Below are positions 1 to 18,047 of a stretch of DNA of 24,308 nucleotides, one piece after another (the stretch's first letter is position 1; every line of letters starts with the position of its first letter). Location: NCBI GenBank assembly GCA_023136245.1, contig JAGLRO010000002.1, positions 1 through 24,308 on the forward strand, read 5' to 3'. The stretch comes from Candidatus Heimdallarchaeota archaeon. Its GTDB lineage: Archaea; Asgardarchaeota; Heimdallarchaeia; Heimdallarchaeales; Heimdallarchaeaceae. A program made the position numbers and the translations under genes. Below the pieces are notes generated by a model. That model was given only the letters and a program-made list of their open reading frames with translations. It had not been told where the DNA came from and did no database searches.

Positions 1-500
<500 letters not shown>

Positions 501-629
501 CTAAAGGGATTACAGATGCAACATTGGTATTCATGTTAATCTAATTTTTAAGGTTTATCGTGAGTGGGTAAACATTTTTCCAAAACTCAATATGATAAAT
601 AATAATGATACTAGGCAGTTTCAATAAAA

Positions 630-3035
<2,406 letters not shown>

Positions 3036-3172
3036 TTAGTTTTCCACAAGAATTGCACTGATATTCTACTTTTTGTCTTACGTTAGATTTGAAGCTCAAA
3101 AGATATCCCTATAAGCTATTTAATTATCTAGAGAATTTGAATATATCTCTTTTTCTATGTTTTTCATAGATT

Positions 3173-3808
3173 TCAGATTGCAAATAATATAGTTATATAG
3201 AAAAACAATCCTCCAAATAGAACAAAAACATGGAATATTTCATGAAATTCAAATAATCCTGGAATCGGTTTCGGTTTATCTAACACGAAAAATACTGTTC
3301 CAAGAGTAAAAGCTAATCCTCCTGCTACTATTAATATTAAAGAATTAGTTGGTACTACAGATATTAGTTGTTTAAGAGGAAAGATAACCATCCATCCCAT
3401 TAACAAATATATGCTTGCATCTATCCATTTTGGAATTGGAATCATGAATATCTTGAAAATTGTTCCTATTAAAACAATTGACCATTGAGCAATTAGAATT
3501 CCCCAACGCCATGAACCTGTAAGATAAGTATACATCAATGGTGTATAAGTTCCAGCAATCAAGAAAAAAATAGCAATATAGTCTAATTTTCTCAAAAAAG
3601 AGTTTCCATTTTTTTCAGTCTTTGATCCATGATAGAGGGTGCTAGAAGCAAATAAAAAACAAATTGAAAAACCATAAATTATAACAGTTATTAGAGTTTG
3701 TAGTGAATCTCTTGATAAAACTATTAAGAAAATTGTACCAACTAGTGCAGCAATAAAACCAACAAGATGTGACACGGTAGAAAATAATTCGCTTTTTATT
3801 ATTGACAT
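3173..3808 (-). CDS. Hemolysin III / PAQR family seven-TM membrane protein
   Basis: Multi-pass hydrophobic protein with family-typical motifs: SSTLYHGS, RKLDYIAIF, and the C-terminal FEFHEIFHVFVLFG (H-x3-H). The ATG at 3808 lies 10 nt after the hypE stop. The track's longer version starts at a GTG (3844) inside hypE. Confidence 0.8.
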   Translation of the reverse strand: MSIIKSELFSTVSHLVGFIAALVGTIFLIVLSRDSLQTLITVIIYGFSICFLFASSTLYHGSKTEKNGNSFLRKLDYIAIFFLIAGTYTPLMYTYLTGSWRWGILIAQWSIVLIGTIFKIFMIPIPKWIDASIYLLMGWMVIFPLKQLISVVPTNSLILIVAGGLAFTLGTVFFVLDKPKPIPGLFEFHEIFHVFVLFGGLFFYITILFAI

Positions 3809-3818
3809 GATAAAAACC

Positions 3819-4859
<1,041 letters not shown>

Positions 4860-4908
4860 TTATTATATGACTTTTTAAGTTTGGAGATGTATCTGAAAAA
4901 TAAATTGA

Positions 4909-4990
4909 TGGAGCCGCGACCGGGATTTGAACCCGGGAGCCAAAGGCAATGGATTAGCAATCCATCCTCATACCACTTGAGTATCGCGGC
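4909..4990 (-). tRNA. tRNA-Ser (anticodon GCU), type II with long variable arm, genomically encoded CCA
   Basis: Hand fold of the minus strand. Acceptor GCCGCGA/TCGCGGC. D arm CTCA-AGTGGTA-TGAG. Anticodon arm ATGGA-TTGCTAA-TCCAT (anticodon GCT). 12-nt variable region TGCCTTTGGCTC (GCC/GGC stem). T arm CCGGG-TTCAAAT-CCCGG. Position 73 is T, followed by CCA. Total length 82 nt. Confidence 0.9.
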
Positions 4991-5017
4991 TTATCATATT
5001 ACTCCGCTAATTTTCGG

Positions 5018-5030
5018 AATTTAAATATTT
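5018..5030 (-). promoter_or_regulatory. Possible TATA-like promoter element for tRNA-Ser
   Basis: The minus-strand sequence AAATATTTAAATT lies about 30-40 nt upstream of the tRNA 5' end (4990). This judgement rests on position and composition only. Confidence 0.25.
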
Positions 5031-5050
5031 CGACATATAATTAGCTTTGA

Positions 5051-5329
<279 letters not shown>

Positions 5330-5363
5330 TACAGAATTTAAAGTTTTACTCTTTGTTTGATAA

Positions 5364-5768
<405 letters not shown>

Positions 5769-5781
5769 TCATCTCTTCTTC

Positions 5782-6429
5782 TTATATTTTTTTAAATTTC
5801 AGAGTACTAGGTTCGTATATATCCCCATCATTTAACAGATCTTGTATAACTGATTCTACCGTTGGTCTATCTATTTTTGTCCTTTCAAGTATTTCATCTA
5901 GTTCTATCCCTTCCTCTTCATCTGTTATTACGTTAAATATCAACCCTTTTTGTTCGAGTGTGTGCTTCTTTTCTTGTTGTTTTTCAGTTGGCAATTCAAA
6001 CTCTTTTTTTAGATATCTTTTCACTTTTTTGATTCTTAGATAGAGTTCTTGATCAAAATCTTCAATTTTCAGTATCTGTTCAGGAAGAACATAAATTTCA
6101 TCTTCGCTCAATCTTGGTTTACCAATCATTTCTACTTCATTACCAACATCAAATTCGTTCATGAATTCAGCATTTTCTTCCCACCCTTTCATTCTTATTG
6201 TACTAGTACTATCATTCAGAGTTAGAGAAGTAAAAGATTTTTTTTCTCCCTCTCCGCTACTATGATATTTTTGTATAATGGTACCATTTATTCTAACTTT
6301 GTAGACTTTTTCTCCATTATATGTTATGAGGACCCAACGAAACCTCTCATCACCTTCTTTTACTACACTCCCTTCAACAATATCAGTAATATATAGGGAT
6401 ATAGGGGGGGTGGGTACGAATTCACTCAT
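5782..6429 (-). CDS. OB-fold plus C-terminal winged-helix protein, RPA32/Stn1-like (single-stranded DNA-binding complex subunit)
   Basis: OB-fold pattern typical of RPA32/Stn1: VYKVRINGTIIQ...FTSLTLNDSTSTIRMKGWEE...FDVGNEVEMIGKPRL..DEIYVLPEQILKIEDFDQELYLRI. A charged linker follows. The C-terminal wH-like block is GIELDEILERTKIDRPTVESVIQDLLNDGDIYEP. The track start (6438) is GTG; the ATG at 6429 (MSEFVP...) is preferred. Confidence 0.6.
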   Translation of the reverse strand: MSEFVPTPPISLYITDIVEGSVVKEGDERFRWVLITYNGEKVYKVRINGTIIQKYHSSGEGEKKSFTSLTLNDSTSTIRMKGWEENAEFMNEFDVGNEVEMIGKPRLSEDEIYVLPEQILKIEDFDQELYLRIKKVKRYLKKEFELPTEKQQEKKHTLEQKGLIFNVITDEEEGIELDEILERTKIDRPTVESVIQDLLNDGDIYEPSTLKFKKI

Positions 6430-6577
6430 TGTTTTCACTAGAGATGTTGCTTATTGTATTTTAAAGTTGTATCCAAAAACCTTTCTATAATAAATTGAAA
6501 TTTCAAATCCATATAGTATTTTTTTCAAGAAATAGACTTTAGAAAATTTCTCACAAAACAATGCATTTTTTAAGTGA

Positions 6578-7900
<1,323 letters not shown>

Positions 7901-7914
7901 AATTGATTACTTAG

Positions 7915-7925
7915 TTTTTTCCTTT
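7915..7925 (+). terminator. Oligo-T tract after the methylthiotransferase gene
   Basis: TTTTTTCCTTTT begins 15 nt after the stop codon. It is followed by a 6-bp inverted repeat, AGAAAT-TATAT-ATTTCT. Confidence 0.3.
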
Positions 7926-8243
7926 TGTAAATGTAATTACTAGCTTTAATTCTAACGTTATACAGAAGAAGAAATTATATATTTCTAATTTTCTGCACAT
8001 TATAGCTGGTACTCGAATTACAACATAAATTTAGTATTTTATTTATTAGATTAAACCTTAATTTCTATTTTCCGTTAAATTTCTTTATTTCTCCCTCTAT
8101 CTATGTGAATTTGATAGTTATATACCAATTTCTTTTTAAATGATTAACAACATTTTTTTATAGTAGTAAATTGTCGTGAAAACTCCCGACTTTAATCCTA
8201 AAAGGGCAAAATACGGGTTCCATATTTATGGAACTAAAAATAA

Positions 8244-10358
<2,115 letters not shown>

Positions 10359-10375
10359 TAAAAATTTAGGATTAG

Positions 10376-12865
<2,490 letters not shown>

Positions 12866-12888
12866 TAAACAAAGAAAGATTAAAGATA

Positions 12889-13326
12889 TTATGAATATCC
12901 TTCTCGTTTATCTAATTCTCCCGAAAGAATTTTCTTAAAGAGTTTTTCAAAGGGTTTCTTCCCTACAGCCCCAACGACATTTCCAAGAAACTTACCATTT
13001 TGAAAAACAAGAAAATTTGGTATCGATGAAATTCCATATTTCATAGCAATACGGGGATGTTGGTCCACATTTAATTTTCCAATAGTAACCTTCCCTACCC
13101 ATTCCTTTGACAATTGCTTCATAATAGGTTCCATTGTCCTGCATGGTGCACACCAAACTGCCCAGCAATCAACAACAACTATACCTTGTTGTTTTGTAAA
13201 ATCTTCAAAAGATTGATCGTTAAGTTCAGCTAATTCCTCGACATGAAATGTACCAACAACGGGCATATCATTTTTCACCATTTTCAGCATTTTATCTTTC
13301 CTTATTCTTTCTAACTCATCATCCAT
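12889..13326 (-). CDS. trxA: Thioredoxin
   Basis: Classic WCAPC active site (VVVDCWAVWCAPCRTMEP) and thioredoxin-fold continuation (KLNVDQHPRIAMKYGISSIPNFLVFQNGK). I prefer the internal ATG at 13326 (MDDELERIR...). The longest ORF (to 13446) would overlap the divergent gene's start and consume the whole promoter spacer. Confidence 0.85.
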   Translation of the reverse strand: MDDELERIRKDKMLKMVKNDMPVVGTFHVEELAELNDQSFEDFTKQQGIVVVDCWAVWCAPCRTMEPIMKQLSKEWVGKVTIGKLNVDQHPRIAMKYGISSIPNFLVFQNGKFLGNVVGAVGKKPFEKLFKKILSGELDKREGYS

Positions 13327-13440
13327 TATATGACACCATAAGCTATGTGTAAGCTTCTCGCACACACTTTTAAATTGTTCTATCATACAAATCAGCAAAA
13401 GCAAAATACTTATTATGTGCAATAATAATACACATACGAA

Positions 13441-13815
13441 ATGCATAAGTGCTTAATAAATTTACCAGATACTCTATTAAATGGGGGAAAGTGTGATATT
13501 TTTGAGTGTTTATTTGGATTAAAGCCCTTACATGTAAAAATCTATTTCTATACTTTAAAACAAGGAAAGACAATAAAAGACATCGCAACCCATGTCAACA
13601 GAGAACGAACTACAGCAGTAAGGCTTGTTCAAAATATGATAGAACAGGGCTTAATTCGCAAGAAACCTGAACAATTAGCTTATGGTGGAACACGTAATGT
13701 TTACACAGGAGTACCTCAGAAAATAATCAAGAATAGATTAAGAGTTGTAGTTAAAGAAGTAGAAACAGCTATGGAGAAGCTGATTAAGCAAGACTGGCAG
13801 TTAATACCGGATTAG
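13441..13815 (+). CDS. Small winged-helix (TrmB-like HTH) transcriptional regulator, paralog 1
   Basis: LFGLKPLHVKIYFYTLKQGKTIKDIATHVNRERTTAVRLVQNMIEQGLIRKK...Y..VP matches the TrmB N-terminal wHTH layout (helix, recognition helix, wing). It has a clear paralog in the next gene. The N-terminal segment carries Cys residues (KCDIFEC). Confidence 0.65.
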   Translation: MHKCLINLPDTLLNGGKCDIFECLFGLKPLHVKIYFYTLKQGKTIKDIATHVNRERTTAVRLVQNMIEQGLIRKKPEQLAYGGTRNVYTGVPQKIIKNRLRVVVKEVETAMEKLIKQDWQLIPD

Positions 13816-13874
13816 TTCCATGCGTTTTGTAAAAACATAACATTTATTATTTGTATGACTGAAACAAGCCCGTA

Positions 13875-14318
13875 ATGTATAGAAGTCTTGTAGATATCCC
13901 AGAAAAAGTAGGCAGAAGTATTGGTTTGAGGGATTGTGAATGTGAAGAATTTGAATGTGGGTTTTGTATCTGCCCTATTTTTGAATTTATGTTTGGTATG
14001 AAAAAGTCACATATTAAGATCTATTTCTTTGCACTTAAAACAAAAAGAACAATTAAGGAAATTGCTGCTAGGATAAGTAAGGATAGAACAACCTCTCTAC
14101 GTTTACTTCAAAGTTTAATTGATAAAAAAATGGTTATAAAAGAGGTTGAAATGCTCCCTCATGGTGGAATAAGACATCTTTTTTCAGCTACACCTCAAGA
14201 AGTTCTTAAAGAGAAATTAGGTGCTATTTCAAAAGAATTGGGAAGTGTAGTCGATAAATTAATTCTACAAGATTGGACACTTGTTAAAGATAAACAAATT
14301 GGTATAATTAATAATTAA
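13875..14318 (+). CDS. Small winged-helix (TrmB-like HTH) transcriptional regulator, paralog 2, with N-terminal Cys-rich cluster
   Basis: MFGMKKSHIKIYFFALKTKRTIKEIAARISKDRTTSLRLLQSLIDKKMVIKE...ATPQEVLKEKL...DWTLV aligns residue for residue with the upstream paralog, including the C-terminal QDW-x-L motif. The N-terminus contains DCECEEFECGFCIC (six Cys in 13 residues). Confidence 0.65.
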   Translation: MYRSLVDIPEKVGRSIGLRDCECEEFECGFCICPIFEFMFGMKKSHIKIYFFALKTKRTIKEIAARISKDRTTSLRLLQSLIDKKMVIKEVEMLPHGGIRHLFSATPQEVLKEKLGAISKELGSVVDKLILQDWTLVKDKQIGIINN

Positions 14319-14328
14319 ATTAGTGTCA

Positions 14329-15048
14329 TTAAAAATCAAAATCTTCCAATTCATCCATAGATCCAGTTAGTTTCTCTTGCATTTTCTTCTTTTTCTTCTT
14401 TTTTACTTCACCAACAGCAGAGGATAATTCAGATATAAAATCAGAAGCCATATTATCGCCTGAAAAAACAGCTTCATCTTCAACAGGTTGATCAATAATA
14501 GGAGGTGTAGTTTCGATTGTTTCTGGTGTTGGTTCAGCAAAGGGTATAGATGATTGTTCTTCTATTTCAGTTGGAGGTTCTGAAAAATCTAACTGCGATG
14601 CAGAAACCTCTTTTGCTGGATGGTTATCAAAACTTGTTTCGGAAACTTCCTGTTCTTGTTCTTCTAAACCCACAAGACCAGGATGAGATAATGCTGCTTG
14701 TTGACCTGCTGAAGCAATAGATTTATTTGGAACAAGACTACCGTCTTGAAGCATTTTCACAATCTCTTTACACAAAGATCGATATACTGGAGAAAGTTGA
14801 TACATATATCTTGGAAGGTTAGATCGAATCTGTTCTAAAAAGTAAACACCAGTTTCGTAATCATTTGTAACGAAAGCTTGTAAAGCTTGCATTATTAATT
14901 GTTGTATGAGCTTATCTGGTGGAACACTGGACTGTGGAGAATGTGGAAACATCATTGACCCCCATTTATCTATTGATTTGGAGATATAATAAAATTGTGG
15001 AAAAGGAAAACCCTCAGATGTATTAATTATGGATTTAAGATAACACAT
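14329..15048 (-). CDS. Hypothetical protein: helical N-terminal domain plus long acidic/Pro-rich disordered tail, K7 tract and C-terminal DELEDFDF
   Basis: Long ORF with no recognisable family. The track start (15108) is TTG. The first ATG is at 15048 (MCYLKS...), with further candidates at 14955 and 14952. The start is uncertain. Confidence 0.5.
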   Translation of the reverse strand: MCYLKSIINTSEGFPFPQFYYISKSIDKWGSMMFPHSPQSSVPPDKLIQQLIMQALQAFVTNDYETGVYFLEQIRSNLPRYMYQLSPVYRSLCKEIVKMLQDGSLVPNKSIASAGQQAALSHPGLVGLEEQEQEVSETSFDNHPAKEVSASQLDFSEPPTEIEEQSSIPFAEPTPETIETTPPIIDQPVEDEAVFSGDNMASDFISELSSAVGEVKKKKKKKMQEKLTGSMDELEDFDF

Positions 15049-15154
15049 ATTATTGATATCTTTCTCAAAACAACGTATTACTATAGAATATTGTTTGTTT
15101 GATGACAATTTCTATTTGTTAACGTTTATTACTGTTGGAGTATGTTCCCTTTGT

Positions 15155-15823
15155 ATGAACAATAATCAACAAGAATATTCGCAAGAAAAAGCTGTTTCTT
15201 ATTTTGGAGTATTTCGTTATTGGAGAACTTATTCAAACCTTCTATATCTTTTCCTCACATTTCCACTTGGGATTATTTTCTTTACATATGCTGTTACTGC
15301 ATTCTCTGTTTCAGTTAGTCTAGTTTTCACTTTTGTTGGTATAATTCTACTTTACTTATTTCTATGGAGTCTTCCAAGAATAATGTATTCAATGGGATTA
15401 CTTACAGAGATACTAGTAGGAGTAAAGATGCCTACAAAAGCTTACAAACCCCATTACGAAGGATCTGTTATCCAAAGAGCTGTTAATTCTTTAAAAGACA
15501 AAAGAATCTTAAAGACTTTCTTTTACTTCTTACTACCAGCAATGCCTATAGGGATTGCTTTATTCACCATATTCATAACTTTAATTTCAACATCACTCGG
15601 GCTAATTGCTCTTCCTTTTGCTTATGTTATAGAATTTGCAAGAGGAAACTATCAGGAATGGATTCAGTATGTATTTAATTACTGGGCACCTGAATGGGTA
15701 GGAATAGTATTGCTTATCCTTAGCCCCATAGTTGGTTTTATATTACTAACATTATCTCTCCATTTAAGTAATAAATTAGCTCTGCTTCATGGTAGATTCG
15801 TAAGAGCAATTCTTACTAAATAG
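15155..15823 (+). CDS. Multi-pass membrane protein with two 'putative sensor' type repeats (as found at N-termini of some histidine kinases), no output domain
   Basis: Two repeats: LLYLFLTFPLGIIFFTYAVTAFSVSVSLVFTFVGIILLYL and FFYFLLPAMPIGIALFTIFITLISTSLGLIALPF. These resemble the PF13796-type sensor module as I remember it. The track start at 15053 is TTG in the intergenic region; the ATG at 15155 (MNNNQQEY...) is preferred. Confidence 0.55.
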   Translation: MNNNQQEYSQEKAVSYFGVFRYWRTYSNLLYLFLTFPLGIIFFTYAVTAFSVSVSLVFTFVGIILLYLFLWSLPRIMYSMGLLTEILVGVKMPTKAYKPHYEGSVIQRAVNSLKDKRILKTFFYFLLPAMPIGIALFTIFITLISTSLGLIALPFAYVIEFARGNYQEWIQYVFNYWAPEWVGIVLLILSPIVGFILLTLSLHLSNKLALLHGRFVRAILTK

Positions 15824-15890
15824 ATTTTAAAGGTTTGATGGATGACCGTCAAACATCTTTTTTTTGAATATTTAATCTGTATGCTCCATT

Positions 15891-17327
15891 ATGTTTATAT
15901 TCGTTTTTTTTAAAAAAATAGAAACGGATTTGAAGTCTCTGAATGAAAAACAAAATTTCTTGAGAAACACTCTAGATAATATTGTTGCGAAGACTTACAT
16001 AAATGATCGACGTCGTCTTTCTCCAATTTTACTGGGTGTAGTTGGTAGTTTTTCACTGACAATTTTTATGTCTTATGTAGGACTTCATTTAGAAGACATC
16101 AACACAGCTATCTTATTAATCACATTTATCTTAGCTTTAAGGAATATTTACCAGTTATTCTTGAGAATTCCTCTGTCACATTTCTCCCAGATGATTGGGA
16201 GAAAACCTCTTCTCATTGCAGGTGTTATTTTCTATACAATTAGCTTATTCTTCTTAGCTATTTCGACTCATTGGGTTTATGTAATCGTTGCAGTTACCTT
16301 TCTTGCAATTGGGATGTCATGTTTTTGGCCAGTTATTTTTGCTTATATTGGAGATGTTGAAGAAGTGGATAGTATAGGTGAATTACAGGGAAGAGTTTTT
16401 CAAGGAACGGATATTGGGGCGATTCTAGGTGCTTTGTTAGCTTTCCTACTATTAAAGAGATCCCATCTCAAATTTGTTAATATTCTAGCAGGTAATTTTG
16501 ATAATATTACTACGATTCCTGGATTAATACAACCTCTTTCACAACTAAGAATACTTTTTGCTTGGGGAGCTGGGATATCATTCATTGGTGTAATTGGTTT
16601 AATGTTTTATATGCCCGAAGTATTAAAAAAGGAAGAACGTTTGAAAGTGGATTCAAAAGCAAAAGCTTTGGGAGAGGCGTTTCTTTCAATGTTCAAATCT
16701 CTTATTACTGTGTCTAAACAGAAAAAATTAAGTTTCATTTACACAATTCAACTTGCAATTGCATTTTTAGAATATATAGGGACTGCATTCTTTCCGTTTT
16801 TAGTTGTAGCAAAAGGGTTCACGTATGATGTTGTAGCTCAAGTTGCTTGGATTACTTCAGGAGTTCTAATATTTTTCAAACCTTTCCTTGGAAGAATTAT
16901 TGATAAGTTAGGATATAAAGGGCCGTTATTTTTTACAATTCTTATATCATCAAGCATGATGATTTTAATGGTTTTTGCGAATTCACTATCATTGTTAATT
17001 GTGTTTTATATGATATACAGTGCTTGCAGTTTAACAAGTTTCATTGGTGTTAATACAGGAACTACAAAAATGTCAAAAAATGTACAGAGAGGTATGGCTC
17101 TCGGAGCATTGGGATTTTATGTTTCTCTATCACGCTCAATATCAACATTAAGCTTAACTCCAGTTTGGGAAAGATTTGGTATTAACGCGGTTTTCATAAC
17201 AACAGCTATAATAATAATCTCTTTTGTTTTGATAATTTATATTTCCTACTATTTTATTGGAAAACGCAACAAGAATGATAAAAGAGTGATTAAAGAATCA
17301 GATTCAATTAATCTGGAAAATTCTTAA
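15891..17327 (+). CDS. MFS (major facilitator superfamily) transporter
   Basis: About 12 predicted hydrophobic spans. MFS loop 2-3 motif (SQMIGRKPLLIAG). A central hydrophilic loop (KKEERLKVDSKAK) splits two 6-TM halves. Confidence 0.8.
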   Translation: MFIFVFFKKIETDLKSLNEKQNFLRNTLDNIVAKTYINDRRRLSPILLGVVGSFSLTIFMSYVGLHLEDINTAILLITFILALRNIYQLFLRIPLSHFSQMIGRKPLLIAGVIFYTISLFFLAISTHWVYVIVAVTFLAIGMSCFWPVIFAYIGDVEEVDSIGELQGRVFQGTDIGAILGALLAFLLLKRSHLKFVNILAGNFDNITTIPGLIQPLSQLRILFAWGAGISFIGVIGLMFYMPEVLKKEERLKVDSKAKALGEAFLSMFKSLITVSKQKKLSFIYTIQLAIAFLEYIGTAFFPFLVVAKGFTYDVVAQVAWITSGVLIFFKPFLGRIIDKLGYKGPLFFTILISSSMMILMVFANSLSLLIVFYMIYSACSLTSFIGVNTGTTKMSKNVQRGMALGALGFYVSLSRSISTLSLTPVWERFGINAVFITTAIIIISFVLIIYISYYFIGKRNKNDKRVIKESDSINLENS

Positions 17328-17779
17328 TCCTCGTGTTTTATATCTTCACCAATACTGTAAAGAAAAATCATAGCTGTCTTAGGTCCCATACGTTGAAATC
17401 GTTTTGCTAACTCTTTTTTGACGAATTTGTAATTCTCTGACCGGTCCATGTTATCTATGAAATTTCGAAAAGATTCATATTCTTCTCTGATTTTCAAGAA
17501 AGCTATGGCATTAACAATCGTGGATTCTATCTTTGCTCTATTTCGAATTATGCCTGAATCTGATACTAGTCTTTCAATGTCTTCTTCATCAAAATCACTC
17601 ACTTTTTCGATATCAAAATCCTTGAATGCTTTTCTAAAATTCGACCATTTATCAGATATTAGTTGCCAACTTAAACCAGCTTGAAACACAGTTCTTGTCA
17701 TATTTTCAAAGTATTCATTATCATTAGATGGTTCTTCGTCTCTAAAGAACCAACCAGTACGAACATTTTTTTCTGGCAT
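17324..17779 (-). CDS. tag: DNA-3-methyladenine glycosylase I (Tag) family protein, short divergent form
   Basis: FQAGLSWQLISDKWSNFRKAFKDFDIEKVSDFDEEDIERLVSDSGIIRNRAKIESTIVNA closely parallels the E. coli Tag core (QQAGLSW...FHQFDPVKVA...DVERLVQDAGIIRHRGKI). The gene overlaps the convergent MFS gene by 4 nt. Confidence 0.8.
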   Translation of the reverse strand: MPEKNVRTGWFFRDEEPSNDNEYFENMTRTVFQAGLSWQLISDKWSNFRKAFKDFDIEKVSDFDEEDIERLVSDSGIIRNRAKIESTIVNAIAFLKIREEYESFRNFIDNMDRSENYKFVKKELAKRFQRMGPKTAMIFLYSIGEDIKHED

Positions 17780-18047
17780 ATGTATACCATATTGTAAGTA
17801 CTTATATATTGTAACTATCTTTCAAAAAAAAAGAAAATGGGAGAGGATAATTAATCTAAGCTTATTTCTCCTTTGTTAATTGATTGAATTCCTGTATATT
17901 TGTTACGTCAAAAATAGATGAGTTATTTGCAGAATTGAATGAAAAATTTGGACCTTATCCTGAAAAAATGCTTGAAGATAAATCTGATCCAATATATGTA
18001 CTAAACGCTCAAATCTTTCCTCATTTCAAAGAGTAATCAAACCATGC

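Noticed and set aside
6495-6506. Perfect 12-nt palindrome TTGAAATTTCAA, plus other short AT-rich inverted repeats, in the divergent spacer between the RPA32-like gene and the methylthiotransferase gene.
   Set aside because: It is short and pure A/T-rich in an AT-rich spacer, so it is easily produced by chance. There are no repeated copies elsewhere in the window.
13327-13446. N-terminal hydrophobic extension (MHFVCVLLLHIISILLLLICMI...) that would make the thioredoxin membrane-anchored.
   Set aside because: The extension would overlap the start codon of the divergent regulator gene (ATGCAT at 13441-13446) and remove all promoter space. Ile/Leu/Phe-rich translations are expected from AT-rich intergenic DNA. 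I cannot fully exclude it without expression data.
17884-18036. 50-codon + strand frame (TTG start; ...IDELFAELNEKFGPYPEKMLEDKSDPIYVLNAQIFPHFKE) in the spacer between tag and the hydrolase.
   Set aside because: There is no ATG until codon 29, no recognisable family and no obvious ribosome-binding site. It could be a gene remnant or chance. The support is insufficient to annotate it.
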